Notes under the pieces: generated by a model | What the model saw: the letters and a program-made list of their open reading frames with translations, nothing else | What the model was told of the DNA's origin: nothing | Database searches by the model: none | Position numbers and translations under genes: made by a program | DNA from: Patescibacteria group bacterium | GTDB taxonomy: Bacteria; Patescibacteriota; Saccharimonadia; UBA4664; SCTI01 | DNA length: 64,000 nt | Assembly (NCBI GenBank): GCA_004297735.1 | Contig: SCTI01000002.1 | Coordinates: 160-64,159 of the forward strand | Direction of reading: 5' to 3' | Shown here: positions 1 to 10,497 of the stretch, piece after piece | Layout: each line of letters opens with the position of its first letter | Numbering within the stretch: the first letter of the stretch is position 1

Positions 1-157
1 CCCCCACCTTGGTTACCTGAGTTAAGTACAGCAAGGCTAAAACCGAGATCGCGGCAACCACTACTACGGTGGCCGAAACCGGACCAAGCTTCATGTCGGT
101 CTTGGTGCGGTAAAGATTTTGGTTGCGTCGCACAGCAAGTGTGGCGGTGCTCATAAT
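1..157 (-). CDS. ftsL: cell division protein FtsL-like, partial (3' part outside window)
   Basis: minus-strand ORF from ATG at 157: MSTATLAVRRNQNLYRTKTDMKLGPVSATVVVVAAISVLALLYLTQ..., short N-terminus then a TM helix; position upstream of rsmH in the dcw order. Confidence 0.4.
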   Translation of the reverse strand, partial: MMSTATLAVRRNQNLYRTKTDMKLGPVSATVVVVAAISVLALLYLTQVTKVG

Positions 158-343
158 TACTAATTTCCTGTTTATTTTTAAGTTTTAGTTTTTGGTTAAA
201 TCGTTTTTTGGTGCGGTTAGCGGCGCTCATCTCGTTTTTTGGTACACCGCTAACCGCGGCAAACTAGCGGCTATTTAGCGATCTAGCTTGCGAACTTGGA
301 TGCGTCGAGCACGCATGCTCTCTACTTTGATTGGAACTGACAT

Positions 344-1282
344 TCAGCCCTCCTTTTGGTTTTGGTTTATTTTCACTGCGGCTCGGAGTTTGGCGCTCCT
401 AGCACGCGGGTTAAAAGCATCTTCGGTACCGGCTACTGGTTTGGTGGTGAGCTTTTTAAGGCTGGCCACGTGGTCACAGGTGCAAACCGGCTGTTTTGGT
501 GGGCAGGTACAGTCTTTTGACTCGCGGTTAAAAAACTCTTTAACCAAGCCGTCTTCCAGCGAGTGAAAGCTAATGACCGCTATTCTGCCACCTGGCTTAA
601 GCAATCTAACTAGCTTTGGTAAAGCTTGCTCTAGCTGCTCTAGCTCTTGGTTGACGTGGATGCGCAAGGCCTGAAAGGTCTTGGTGGCAGGGTGAATCTT
701 GCTCGCTCCTCTACCGCCCACCGCTTGCTCAACAATTTTAGCTAGTTGAGTGGTGGTCGAAATCGGTCGTTGGCGTACTATCGCCGCCGCAATGCGACGT
801 GAGCGACGTTCACCGCCGTACTGGTAGATTAGATCGGCTAGATCTTTTTCTGACACCGCGTTAACCACGTCGGCCGCCGACGGCGACTGCGACTGGTCCA
901 TGCGCATGTCGAGCGGGGCTTCAGCCATAAAGCTAAATCCGCGCTCTGGGTTGTCAAGCTGTGGTGACGAAACCCCCAGATCCAACAAAACCATGTCGAC
1001 TAAACGACGATCATGTAACAGCTCTTCGGTAGCCGATAAATAATCGCGGCGCATAATCCGGACTCGATCATGGTTGTTAAATCGCTGCTGCAACGCGTGT
1101 ATAGCGCGATGATCGCGATCGGCCAAGATCAAGAAGCCGTCAGGAGCAATCCGCTCAGCAATTGCCGCAGCGTGACCGCCATATCCTGCCGTTCCGTCAA
1201 AGTACAGCTCACCTGGATTTGGATCCAGTAGCTTGACTGTTTGCTCTAAGAGCACCGGAACATGTTTGGCGACGTGGGTCAT
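344..1282 (-). CDS. rsmH: 16S rRNA (cytosine1402-N4)-methyltransferase RsmH/MraW
   Basis: 312 aa; SAM-binding motifs and overall RsmH-like sequence; adjacent to mraZ. Confidence 0.9.
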   Translation of the reverse strand: MTHVAKHVPVLLEQTVKLLDPNPGELYFDGTAGYGGHAAAIAERIAPDGFLILADRDHRAIHALQQRFNNHDRVRIMRRDYLSATEELLHDRRLVDMVLLDLGVSSPQLDNPERGFSFMAEAPLDMRMDQSQSPSAADVVNAVSEKDLADLIYQYGGERRSRRIAAAIVRQRPISTTTQLAKIVEQAVGGRGASKIHPATKTFQALRIHVNQELEQLEQALPKLVRLLKPGGRIAVISFHSLEDGLVKEFFNRESKDCTCPPKQPVCTCDHVASLKKLTTKPVAGTEDAFNPRARSAKLRAAVKINQNQKEG

Positions 1283-1629
1283 TGGTATCTCGACTGTCCG
1301 TAGTTCGTGCTGGCTATCAGTTGGTGACGCGATAGCCTACGGCCAGAGTGGTTTTCAAGGTCACCTACTCAGTAGTCAGTGTTGTGTTTGAGATTTTTGT
1401 TTTTGTTGAGTGTGATGGCTATCGTATGAGCCATCGAGTTGTTGTGGTAAGGAACTGTCATAATTCCGTAAGAATTGTGGCACATTCCTTATAACGATTG
1501 TGTGAGGTGGAGTTGTTTGTTGCTAGGTGCCAGGATGTTTGAACGGATTCCTCGAACCGTCGTACTGACTACCAAGTAGCTAATCTTGAAGTTTTTGTTT
1601 TTGTTTTTAAAGGACGATGCCTGGTTAAG

Positions 1630-2031
1630 TTAGGTAGTTGAGGGAGTCTTGATGCGCCAGTAGCCTCCGGGCATTTTAGTGGCCACCACCTCTTTATTGC
1701 GATCAAAGCCGGCGTAACGGAGCAAATCCTGCTCTATTGTTATACGTCCCTGCTTTGAATCCATGGTGGTTTCCATCATGCCTTCGAGCAACTGATCGGC
1801 CATGTCGGCTAGCTCGCGATCAAAAACGATCGGAGTGGCTCCATTACCCTTCCACTGTCCACTGAGTGCGGTTTCCATTTCGTTGTTCCACACCGCCTCA
1901 CTGTACACATGTAGGTAGTTACCAAAGCCGCGAGTGATGATAACCTTACCGCTTTCAAATTCAGGGCGAAGTTCAGCTGGAATTGTCAGCCGATTTTTGT
2001 CGTCCAATTTGCGCTTAAAGTATCTCATCAA
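1630..2031 (-). CDS. mraZ: transcriptional regulator MraZ
   Basis: 133 aa; duplicated MraZ motif DxxxRxxxP (DDKNRLTIPA...); first gene of the dcw cluster. Confidence 0.9.
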   Translation of the reverse strand: MMRYFKRKLDDKNRLTIPAELRPEFESGKVIITRGFGNYLHVYSEAVWNNEMETALSGQWKGNGATPIVFDRELADMADQLLEGMMETTMDSKQGRITIEQDLLRYAGFDRNKEVVATKMPGGYWRIKTPSTT

Positions 2032-2089
2032 ACTCTTTCTGCCTCTCTTTCAACCCTCTATGTGCTACCTTGTGTAACCCATTGATTAG

Positions 2090-2145
2090 ATAATACTACC
2101 CACTGCTACCCACTGTCAACGATTTTCTCTATTATTTTACCCACT
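2090..2145 (-). promoter_or_regulatory. mraZ promoter with GTGGG direct repeats (putative MraZ boxes)
   Basis: on minus strand TTGACA(2114-2119)-18 nt-TATTAT(2090-2095); GTGGG repeats (as CCCAC on + strand) at 2099, 2109 and 2140 with 10-nt spacing between the first two. Confidence 0.5.
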
Positions 2146-2157
2146 TTATGCATGAAT

Positions 2158-2190
2158 ACAAAAAAGACCACCTAATCAGTGGTCTTTTAC
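2158..2190. terminator. bidirectional rho-independent terminator
   Basis: AGACCAC-ctaatca-GTGGTCT hairpin flanked by A-run and T-run. Confidence 0.6.
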
Positions 2191-2245
2191 AATAATTGCT
2201 GGGGTTGGCGCATGTAGGGCTACTGCCCCACCTGCGCCGGAACGG

Positions 2246-2539
2246 CTACCCCAAGCGGCGCATCTCGTCGATCATGCCGTCGATCTCGCGAACGCGATTG
2301 CGTCGATGCCGACGCCCACCGTGGCGGACCGGAGGCTCGTGGAGACTCTTGGTCACCTCCTGCGGGCTGCATCCCCTCTCGCGAGCGATATAGCCGACAC
2401 GTAGCGCGGCCTGTTCGTAGCTGAGCCGATCGTCCACCGAAATCTCGTGCAGGGTCGGAACTGGGAAGCCCCACTCGATTAGGAGCCGTTTCGCATCCTG
2501 TTCCGAAAGCGTCTGATTCAAGTCAGGTGCAACTGTCAT
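2246..2539 (-). CDS. hypothetical small basic protein, high-GC (foreign)
   Basis: 97 aa starting MTVAPDLN with RBS GGAGGT 8 nt upstream; about 62% GC versus about 50% for neighbours; Arg-rich C-terminus; no recognisable family. Confidence 0.5.
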   Translation of the reverse strand: MTVAPDLNQTLSEQDAKRLLIEWGFPVPTLHEISVDDRLSYEQAALRVGYIARERGCSPQEVTKSLHEPPVRHGGRRHRRNRVREIDGMIDEMRRLG

Positions 2540-2579
2540 ACGGCGTGACCTCCGTGGTCGTTTGGGTACCGTTGCTGTG

Positions 2580-2608
2580 ATTTTACAGATGTGAGCGTGT
2601 TTTGTCAA
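2580..2608 (-). promoter_or_regulatory. sigma70-like promoter, conserved module ATTGACAAAA
   Basis: minus strand TTGACA(2603-2608)-17 nt-TAAAAT(2580-2585); same 10-mer as three island promoters. Confidence 0.55.
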
Positions 2609-2647
2609 TACTGTTAAACAAGTTTGACGAACAATATTAAATAATGA

Positions 2648-4036
2648 TTAAAACTTGTCGAGCTGAGCCTGAACTTCGTCCGCTAGCCCATCGATCTTAA
2701 CTCTCACCTGTTCCAAAGTATCGCGGTGACGAATGGTAACCGATTTGTCCTCTAGGGTGTCAAAATCAATCACAATACATAATGGCGTGCCAATCTCGTC
2801 CTGGCGGCGGTAGCGCTTGCCGATATTGCCGTTGTCGTCATACATAACCGCGCCGAACTGCTTTTTGAGGTCGGCGTAAACGTCCTTGGCAACCTTAACC
2901 AGCTCAGGCTTGTTGCGCAGCAGCGGCGATACCGCTACCTTTACCGGGGCTAATTGCGGCTTGAGCTTAAGCACGGTGCGGTCATTCTTGTCGTCCTGCC
3001 AGTAAGCGGCAGTCAGAATAGCCAGCACGGTTCGGTCCACCCCAAAGGTTGGCTCAATCACGTGCGGGATAAATCGCTGGTTGGTGGTTGGGTCGAGGTA
3101 GCCCACATCAACCCCACTGTGCTTGGCATGGTTGCTCAAATCAAAATCGGTGCGGTAAGCCAGGCCGTACAACTCCTTTACGCCAAACGGAAACTCAAAC
3201 TCAAAGTCGATCGTTTTTTTGGAGTAGTGAGCACGGTCAGCCTCGGGAACGTCCAGGTCGTGAATACTGGTCTTTGGCAGGCCAATCAGCTCCATCCAAT
3301 CGCGCATACGCTGCTCCCACTCGGCAAACTGCTGCTCCCACTCCCCTTCGGTCACAAAGTACTCAATCTCCATCTGTTCAAACTCGCGGGTACGGAAAAT
3401 GAAATCTTTAGGTGTGATTTCGTTACGAAAGGCCTTACCGATCTGCGCCAAACCAAACGGCAGCCGTGGATGAATACTATCCATAACGTTTTTAAAGTTT
3501 ACAAACATACCTTGAGCGGTCTCGGGGCGCATATAAACTTGGTTGGCGCTATCCTCGACCACCCCGGCCCGGGTCTCAAACATCAGATTGAACTGACGAG
3601 CGTCGCTCAGTTCGTTGCCCTCCGGGCTCTTGATGCCAAGCTCTTTAATCTTGGCGCTCATTTGGTCTAGCGTCATCCCAACTGGGTCAATATCATGCTC
3701 TTCCAGTAAATGATCCACGCGATAGCGTTTGCGGGTCTTCTTGTCCTCAACCAGTGGGTCGGCAAAGCCGGCGCCGGTGTGCCCACTGGCCTGCCAGACA
3801 CGAGCGTTCATTAAAATAGCGGCATCGACACCGTACATATCATCGCGACTATCAACAAAAAACTGCCACCACAGCTGTTTAATATTGTTTTTAAGCGCCA
3901 CTCCATAAGGACCATAATCCCAGGTACCAGCTAGACCGCCGTAAATTTCGGATCCCTGAAAAATAAAGCCACGTCGCTTGGCCAGCGAGACCAGTTCATC
4001 GATTGTAGGAGTTTGAGTGGTTTTTTTGTCGGCCAT
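2648..4036 (-). CDS. glyQS: glycine--tRNA ligase (dimeric class II type)
   Basis: 462 aa, class II aaRS motifs, GlyRS-like throughout. Confidence 0.9.
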   Translation of the reverse strand: MADKKTTQTPTIDELVSLAKRRGFIFQGSEIYGGLAGTWDYGPYGVALKNNIKQLWWQFFVDSRDDMYGVDAAILMNARVWQASGHTGAGFADPLVEDKKTRKRYRVDHLLEEHDIDPVGMTLDQMSAKIKELGIKSPEGNELSDARQFNLMFETRAGVVEDSANQVYMRPETAQGMFVNFKNVMDSIHPRLPFGLAQIGKAFRNEITPKDFIFRTREFEQMEIEYFVTEGEWEQQFAEWEQRMRDWMELIGLPKTSIHDLDVPEADRAHYSKKTIDFEFEFPFGVKELYGLAYRTDFDLSNHAKHSGVDVGYLDPTTNQRFIPHVIEPTFGVDRTVLAILTAAYWQDDKNDRTVLKLKPQLAPVKVAVSPLLRNKPELVKVAKDVYADLKKQFGAVMYDDNGNIGKRYRRQDEIGTPLCIVIDFDTLEDKSVTIRHRDTLEQVRVKIDGLADEVQAQLDKF

Positions 4037-4072
4037 AATGTGGCTTATTATAAGGCAAACCCGGTTAGCTGG

Positions 4073-4789
4073 CTACTCTAGCACCTGGGCGGCACGAAAC
4101 CGCTGACCAAAGGTGTGGTCGTAAAAGGCGTTGCAGGCCAGCATTGAATCAACCGCTAGATCGCTCACCGCCTCAATGCGCCGGATTGAACTCAGCGGGT
4201 TGGCCAACATCAATCGCCACAGCTTAATCTGGTCCTGGGTTAAGGGCAGATTGATTGAACCACAGCCGTCCCCAATTATGCCACCGTGCTCGACGCTCAA
4301 ACCATAATTACGGTGCGATTTTGCGCCATGACAGACAACACAGCCGTCCAGCTCCGGGCGGTAACCGAGTTGATCTAGCAAGCGCAGTTTAAACCACAGC
4401 TCGGTTACCGTGTCGGGGTTAGCCGGTATCTCCTTGAGCGTATCGTGCATCAAATCAAACAGCGCCGGGTGTTCCCCTTCGCCACTCAAGCGGTTGGTCA
4501 TCTCGGCAACCAAGTAGGCCAAGCGCATTGCATCGTAGTTATCACCAATCTTCAAATGCGACTGCAGTCGCGCCGAGGTGATAATATCGAGGTTCCGACC
4601 CTCGGTTAACATCAGATCCGATTCAGAGAACAGCTCTAGGTGTCCGGCCAGTTTGCTTTTAATCCGGCGCACCCCTTTGGCTACCGCGCGGATCACCCCC
4701 CGCTCCGGCGTAATTAGCACAATAATACGATCGGCCTCACCAAAGTTATGGCGGCCAATAATAATCCCTTTTGTCTGATAACTTGCCAT
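4073..4789 (-). CDS. recO: DNA repair protein RecO
   Basis: 238 aa; N-terminal OB fold, C-terminal Cys-rich (CVVCHG) Zn motif. Confidence 0.8.
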   Translation of the reverse strand: MASYQTKGIIIGRHNFGEADRIIVLITPERGVIRAVAKGVRRIKSKLAGHLELFSESDLMLTEGRNLDIITSARLQSHLKIGDNYDAMRLAYLVAEMTNRLSGEGEHPALFDLMHDTLKEIPANPDTVTELWFKLRLLDQLGYRPELDGCVVCHGAKSHRNYGLSVEHGGIIGDGCGSINLPLTQDQIKLWRLMLANPLSSIRRIEAVSDLAVDSMLACNAFYDHTFGQRFRAAQVLE

Positions 4790-4826
4790 GCCGTAAGTTT
4801 AGCAGGTATCTGGCGGACGCTTTGGT

Positions 4827-5231
4827 TTAAGCGGACGAGGTATTAAGCGCTACCATCACCTTTTTTACCACCTCATCCGGGGTATGGTGCGACTTAATTA
4901 GATAGTCGGTTACGCCCAGGGCTCGCGCCAGCTCTTGGTTCATGTCAACTTGAGCCTCACCAAGGTTGGTCAGCAAAATTACCGGTACGTTGCGCAATCC
5001 CGGCTTCTTTTTTATCTCTTTTAAAACGTGGAAGCCGTTCATTTTTGGCATCAAAATATCCAGTAAGATGATGTCGGGGGTGTAACCCTCTAATAAATTC
5101 AAGCACTCTTCGCCATTGGTAGCCACCACCACCTCATGACCCTCCATATCAAACTTGGCCTCATACATTTCAACCAGTACGCGATCATCTTCTGCCAACA
5201 TTATCTTTGCCATTACTGTACCTCCATTCAC
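4827..5231 (-). CDS. single-domain response regulator (CheY-like receiver)
   Basis: receiver-domain Asp/Lys pattern (LLDILMPKMNG ... LTNLGE); likely true start MAKIM at 5213. Confidence 0.75.
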   Translation of the reverse strand: MNGGTVMAKIMLAEDDRVLVEMYEAKFDMEGHEVVVATNGEECLNLLEGYTPDIILLDILMPKMNGFHVLKEIKKKPGLRNVPVILLTNLGEAQVDMNQELARALGVTDYLIKSHHTPDEVVKKVMVALNTSSA

Positions 5232-5263
5232 TCGATTGGGCTTTGGTTCATCATTATACTACA

Positions 5264-7666
5264 CTACTGCAGCAGCGGAAGCTGCTTAGCAATTGGCAAG
5301 GTAAAGCTAAACCGACTGCCCTTGCCCTCACGGCTGCTAACCCAAATTTTACCACCATGTGATTCAACCAAATTCTTAACAATATAGAGTCCCAAGCCGG
5401 TACCGCCAGCCTGAACGCTCATTGGGTTGTAAATCCGGCCGAACTTCTGGAACAGACGCTCTAGGTGAGCCGGAGTGATGCCGACCCCTTCGTCTTTAAC
5501 GCTTATAACCAGCTCATTACCTTGAGCCTTAAAGTCGATTGAAACCTCGCTCTTAGGTAGAGAGTACTTAATGGCATTATCGACCAAGTTAACCAAAATC
5601 TGCCGCAACCTCACCTCGTCAGCCAACACCAGCGGCAGCTTGTGCTTGCGATTAATCTTTAGCATGATCTGGCGCTCAAATCCTTTGCTCGCCAGTTCGG
5701 CCACTACATCATTAATGAGCGGTTCAACCGCGGTTGGGGCAATTTTGAGCTTGATCTTGCCGCTTTCAATATAGCTAGCGTCCAGCAGATCTTCTACCAA
5801 ATGAATCATACGCTGGTTGGTCTGGTAGACCCTTTCCATAAAGTACAGTTGACGATCGGTTAATGGACCAAAATCCTTTTGCACCAACATACTCAAAAAC
5901 CCTTTAATCGCGGTTAATGGCGTGCGGAGTTCATGCGACACAATTGAGATAAAGTCGCTCTTAACCGCCTCTACCTCTTGCTCACGTTGAATGTTGCTAA
6001 TAATTACGATGCCGCTGGTCACGTTACCGCTGTCGTCAAAGATTGGCGAGCAGCTAATTTCGGTCCACAAAGCCTGGCCGTTCTTGGTCTCAATCAACTG
6101 CTGCCGCTTGGTAACAACCTCGCCTTCCTGTAGTACCTTCCGCAACGGTGTCAGCATCGCCATACTGGTACCTTCGGGAGTCATCGCCTTAACCACATCG
6201 TGGAACGACCGCCCAATCGCCTCCTGCATGGTAAAGCCGGTTAGCTTACTGGCGGCCGGGTTAAAACCAACCACCTTGGTATCACGGTCAAAGATCAGGA
6301 TCCCCTCTTCGGTAAAGGTAAACACCGCCTCCCATCGTTCACGGCGAGCGTTAACCTCGTTGTACAGCTCCCAGTTTTCAATGATCACCGCTAGCCGTGA
6401 GGCAACCAGTCGTAGCAGCTTGGCCTCGTGCGTGTTATAGGCCGAGTCTCGGTGGCTGACCTTGATCACGCCCAGGGCTTTAGAGTGGTAAGTGATCGGC
6501 ACGGTTAGCATGTGGCTTTTGGATATCGCCCCATCATCAATCTCTGGATTATAGGTTTGAGGTTTACGTCGCAAAAACGCCTCCACCACCGGATGATACG
6601 CCCCTAAATGCCACTGGCCGGCATGTTCATGAAAGTGCGTGCTGGTCGCCACCCGCTTAAGCAGCTGCGAATCGGGCTGATACAAGTAAATGCTGACGTT
6701 GGGCGACTCCAGCAGCTGGCTGATCATGGTTAAGTACTTTTTATAGATTTGATCAAAACGGAAACCAACAAAACCACTCAGTTCCGCCAGACTGGATAGC
6801 TCGCGTGAGTGCTTGTTAGCTAAGCGAGCCATCTTGTTGGTCTCAATCGTCTTTTCGACCAACGTGGTGACGTCTCTAGTGGTGATAATGGCGCCCTCGT
6901 ACCGATCGCCGCGAATTAACGGGCTAGCAACCAACTGTAAGTGCTGAATCTTCGACCCAAGATCGGCCTCGGCGTAAAAAGTGGTCTCCCGCCGCTGCTT
7001 AACCAGACCTAAAACCTTATTAATATCGGTATCAAAGCTCAAAAAGCTGGTTACTTCGGGTTGAGCCAAGGCCTCGGTGATTGGCTTGGCCGGCAGCACC
7101 TGGTTAATAATCTCGAACCGCGAACTAACCGTCGTGACCACATCATCGGCGTCAAGAATAATCATGCCAATACTGTGGTTTTGTTGAATCGCGCGCAGCT
7201 TTTCTTGCTCAGCGTACAGGTGGGTTTGGTCGCGAAGGTTGATAAGGACGCCCATAATGCCATCGTTAATGTCCCGATACGGACCCAGCACCGCCTCAAT
7301 TGAGGTGGAGCGATCATCGCAGGAGATTGACATGACCAAGCGCGATTCCTGGCCGGACAGAGCACGCTTAAGAGCTCCATCGGCGTTGTCGTAAGTCAGT
7401 GGCGTTTCGTCTGGGCTGCCGTTGGGCGACTCCACCAACCCCAGAAAGGTGCGGCCGTTAATCTGCTCTTCAGGCAAGCCAAGCAGACGTGCTGCGGCTG
7501 GATTACTGTAGGTGATTACCCCGTCTTGATCTAAACAAAGCAAGCCGTCACGCATACTCTCGCGCATTCGGTCCAACTCGTTTTTAACCTTGGCAGTGGC
7601 GACTTTGGCTGGTGCCGCCACAACCGGCTGCTGGTAGAAATTTGTGGTTCGCCGCGCCATCATCAC
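5264..7666 (-). CDS. sensor histidine kinase with multiple PAS/GAF domains
   Basis: 800 aa; HisKA H-box (SHELRTPL) and HATPase_c G-boxes at C-terminus, PAS/GAF repeats upstream, no TM. Confidence 0.8.
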   Translation of the reverse strand: MMMARRTTNFYQQPVVAAPAKVATAKVKNELDRMRESMRDGLLCLDQDGVITYSNPAAARLLGLPEEQINGRTFLGLVESPNGSPDETPLTYDNADGALKRALSGQESRLVMSISCDDRSTSIEAVLGPYRDINDGIMGVLINLRDQTHLYAEQEKLRAIQQNHSIGMIILDADDVVTTVSSRFEIINQVLPAKPITEALAQPEVTSFLSFDTDINKVLGLVKQRRETTFYAEADLGSKIQHLQLVASPLIRGDRYEGAIITTRDVTTLVEKTIETNKMARLANKHSRELSSLAELSGFVGFRFDQIYKKYLTMISQLLESPNVSIYLYQPDSQLLKRVATSTHFHEHAGQWHLGAYHPVVEAFLRRKPQTYNPEIDDGAISKSHMLTVPITYHSKALGVIKVSHRDSAYNTHEAKLLRLVASRLAVIIENWELYNEVNARRERWEAVFTFTEEGILIFDRDTKVVGFNPAASKLTGFTMQEAIGRSFHDVVKAMTPEGTSMAMLTPLRKVLQEGEVVTKRQQLIETKNGQALWTEISCSPIFDDSGNVTSGIVIISNIQREQEVEAVKSDFISIVSHELRTPLTAIKGFLSMLVQKDFGPLTDRQLYFMERVYQTNQRMIHLVEDLLDASYIESGKIKLKIAPTAVEPLINDVVAELASKGFERQIMLKINRKHKLPLVLADEVRLRQILVNLVDNAIKYSLPKSEVSIDFKAQGNELVISVKDEGVGITPAHLERLFQKFGRIYNPMSVQAGGTGLGLYIVKNLVESHGGKIWVSSREGKGSRFSFTLPIAKQLPLLQ

Positions 7667-7741
7667 CCTTGTTACTAGTACTTAAAGTACCATGATCCAC
7701 CAGATAGCCTCAAGCATAAGGGCTGTGTTCTGCTCAGTTAT

Positions 7742-8395
7742 CTACGGGTTGATTTTAGCGCCGGCAACGATGGTATTAAACTCGCCGACATACCTTTTAT
7801 CTTCGGTGATCAAAACGATGGTTTTGTCGCGCACCGGCACAATAATAACCACGCCTTCATGGCGCTGATCATCAATGGTCCCTTCAAGTTGGGTGGCGTC
7901 AATCCCCGAAACCTTGGTTCCCTTGCTAGTAACCTTTTTCTGCTTAATTAGGGTTTGATAGTCTTTAACCACATCGGCCTGGGACTGGCGCAGCAGCTTG
8001 AGGCGAAAAGCCTGGGTGTTGCGAGCATCCCGGTTGAGATTAATGGTCACCGTATCAGGGTTAGCGGCAAAATCAACTTGGGTTGGACCGGTGTTGTTAC
8101 GGCCGTAATAGGTGCTCCAGGTTTTGGGTATGGGCAGTACAAAGCCACCGTCTACCGCATCGGCGGTAAAGTTTTTAAATGGTAGTTCGTTAGCTTTGCG
8201 ATTTTCTTCAGCACTTTGCTGTTTTTGCTGTTCTCTAGCGCGCTGCGACTCAGCCTTAACTAAGGTGTTGAGATTACCACGAACATACTCATTGTCTCGG
8301 TAAGCTAGGACTGCTAGAACCCCAAAAACAACCATCCCAATGGCTAAGAAAATGGTAAGAATAAGATGGATGCTGATGCGTTTTTGTTCGTACAT
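7742..8395 (-). CDS. membrane-anchored hypothetical protein
   Basis: 217 aa, N-terminal TM helix, no recognisable domain. Confidence 0.45.
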   Translation of the reverse strand: MYEQKRISIHLILTIFLAIGMVVFGVLAVLAYRDNEYVRGNLNTLVKAESQRAREQQKQQSAEENRKANELPFKNFTADAVDGGFVLPIPKTWSTYYGRNNTGPTQVDFAANPDTVTINLNRDARNTQAFRLKLLRQSQADVVKDYQTLIKQKKVTSKGTKVSGIDATQLEGTIDDQRHEGVVIIVPVRDKTIVLITEDKRYVGEFNTIVAGAKINP

Positions 8396-8531
8396 TCTGG
8401 TTATGGTTATACCATGAAAAGATCTTTTGGAGCAAGGCTGGCCAATGCGGCCCTCTTTTTAAGTACTATTTTGAATTTAAGAAAATCTATAATATTCGCT
8501 GAATATTATATAAATTATCAAATTCGATAAA

Positions 8532-9008
8532 CTACCCTATTCGATACAAGTAGCTGTTGCGAGTTTTAGAGATCGGCTTGCGCGGCAGCTCAAACACATG
8601 ACAGACAACTCGGGTCGGTCGACTAAGCTCTGATTCGAGCTTAGCGTTTAGCTTGGCCATGTACCGATCAAGCAAAAAAGTGTAAATAACATCCGCTGGC
8701 GGCAAGGTAACCATCCAGTAATTTTGCAGCCTAACACTCACCTGCCGCCGATACGGCCAAGTCCGAGCGTACGACACCAACCACAGTAATGGATTCAGCT
8801 CATACCCAATAGCGTTAGCGCCTCGCCGCGCCGCGGCAATCAACACGGTTCCATCACCGGAGCCAAGATCAATTAAGGTCTCACCGGCCTGCAGTTCGGC
8901 TAGATCAAGTGCGCCCTCAAGCTCGCGTCGTTTAATTGGCAAGTATGGTGCGCCAAAAAAGGTTCCGGCCGCAAAGCACACCGCCAGTACAATCAGCAGC
9001 CACCACAT
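8532..9008 (-). CDS. small class I SAM-dependent methyltransferase
   Basis: 158 aa; N-terminal TM then DLGSGDG motif I. Confidence 0.5.
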   Translation of the reverse strand: MWWLLIVLAVCFAAGTFFGAPYLPIKRRELEGALDLAELQAGETLIDLGSGDGTVLIAAARRGANAIGYELNPLLWLVSYARTWPYRRQVSVRLQNYWMVTLPPADVIYTFLLDRYMAKLNAKLESELSRPTRVVCHVFELPRKPISKTRNSYLYRIG

Positions 9009-9259
9009 TACAGTAAGGTAGGAGGCTCACCGGCCCAGGCCGCTTCGGTTTCAGCTGGGGCAGCGGTATCAAAGCGCTGCTTGATCTTTTCAACCCGGTT
9101 CTCAACCTCGCCCAGCTCTTTCTTTAGCTCGCTGGCTAGCTCCATCCCCCGCTCAAACTTGGTTAAAGCAGCGTCTAGATCTACCTCGTCCGATTCAAAC
9201 CATTCGGTTATGGCCTCAAGCTCTTTTAATTTGGTTCCAAAATCTGGTTTTGCTGTCAC
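9008..9259 (-). CDS. xseB: exodeoxyribonuclease VII small subunit
   Basis: 83 aa coiled-coil XseB-like, overlaps xseA stop. Confidence 0.8.
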   Translation of the reverse strand: MTAKPDFGTKLKELEAITEWFESDEVDLDAALTKFERGMELASELKKELGEVENRVEKIKQRFDTAAPAETEAAWAGEPPTLL

Positions 9260-10497
9260 TACTTATCCACCTTTGCGTTGATGTTTCCTGCCGCCAATTG
9301 TACCACGAGCGAATCGCCAACGTTAACCTGCTGCGGCCCGGTAACCACCTGTTCACCCTTGCGTACAATGGCGTAACCGCGCTTTAGGGTGGCGGTCGGG
9401 TCATAGCTTCCTAGCAGGCGGCTGAGCGAGTTAAGGCGCTGCTGCTGCATGGCCAAAGTTTGACGCTGAGCGTTAAGTAGCCGCAACTCTAAGTTTTGCA
9501 GGCGGGCTTGCGGCAGCCGTACAAACCGCTCCAGTACATTAATTTGGCGAATAATGTGGTTCTGGTAACGATCGAGCCGGCCGCGAATGGTTTGTTCAAA
9601 CCGGCGTTGTCGGTGCCCAATGTCCTGTATCACCTCGGCTTTATCTGGAACCACAATTCGAGCCGCATCGGTAGGAGTAGCCGCTCGCACGTCGGCCGCA
9701 AAGTCAGCCAAACTAACGTCCACCTCATGGCCCACCCCAACCAAAGTTGGCACTCGACTACCAGCAATGGCGCGAGCCACCTCCTCGGTATTAAATGCCT
9801 GCAAATCCTCCAAACTACCGCCACCCCGGATCACCACCAGCACGTCGGGAACGCTGGCCTGTTGATTAAAGTACTCAATGGCACGCACAATTTGAGCTGG
9901 GGCCGGCTGTCCCTGCACCTGAACGTCGGCCAGCTGGATCTCCATTCCGCCCCAGCGTTGGCCTAAAATTTTAATAAAATCGGCGTAGGCCGCCGACTGG
10001 CCGGAGGTAACCAAGCCGAGTCGCTCTGGGAACCGCGGCAGCGCCCGTTTACGACTGGCCTCAAACAAACCCTCTTGCTGCAACTTGGCTTTGAGCAGCT
10101 CAAAGGCCCGCTTAAGCGCGCCCTCACCGGCCAGGCTCACCGACTTGACCGTCAGGCTGAACTTACCCCACTTGGTTACCTTTGGCACTCCGGTCACTCG
10201 AATCTTCATGCCATCTTCGATTGGAACTTTTAGCTGGTAGATTGGGATAAAGCACGGCAAAGTGGCGTCCTCATCCTTTAAATCAAAGAACACCCACTTG
10301 CCCTGATTAACCTTGTAGCTGGACACCTCTCCCTCGATCGTAACCGCCGGGAAGGCAAAGTTTAAGGTTTCGTTAAGGATATCTAAAAAGGCCTTAACGC
10401 CAATAATTTGATCTGAGGGTGGCTCCAGTAACTGCATACCTTTTAGTATATCAGGTACAATAGCTCTATGAATCACATTGTCATACTCGGACGCCAA
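9259..10497 (-). CDS. xseA: exodeoxyribonuclease VII large subunit
   Basis: 412 aa; OB fold N-terminus plus catalytic domain typical of XseA. Confidence 0.85.
   Translation of the reverse strand: MASEYDNVIHRAIVPDILKGMQLLEPPSDQIIGVKAFLDILNETLNFAFPAVTIEGEVSSYKVNQGKWVFFDLKDEDATLPCFIPIYQLKVPIEDGMKIRVTGVPKVTKWGKFSLTVKSVSLAGEGALKRAFELLKAKLQQEGLFEASRKRALPRFPERLGLVTSGQSAAYADFIKILGQRWGGMEIQLADVQVQGQPAPAQIVRAIEYFNQQASVPDVLVVIRGGGSLEDLQAFNTEEVARAIAGSRVPTLVGVGHEVDVSLADFAADVRAATPTDAARIVVPDKAEVIQDIGHRQRRFEQTIRGRLDRYQNHIIRQINVLERFVRLPQARLQNLELRLLNAQRQTLAMQQQRLNSLSRLLGSYDPTATLKRGYAIVRKGEQVVTGPQQVNVGDSLVVQLAAGNINAKVDK

Noticed and set aside
2196-2474. overlapping 65-aa (+) and 84-aa (-) ORFs in the high-GC insert
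   Set aside because: Alternative frames of the same 0.4-kb high-GC segment. Only the frame beginning MTVAPDLN has an RBS and the promoter.
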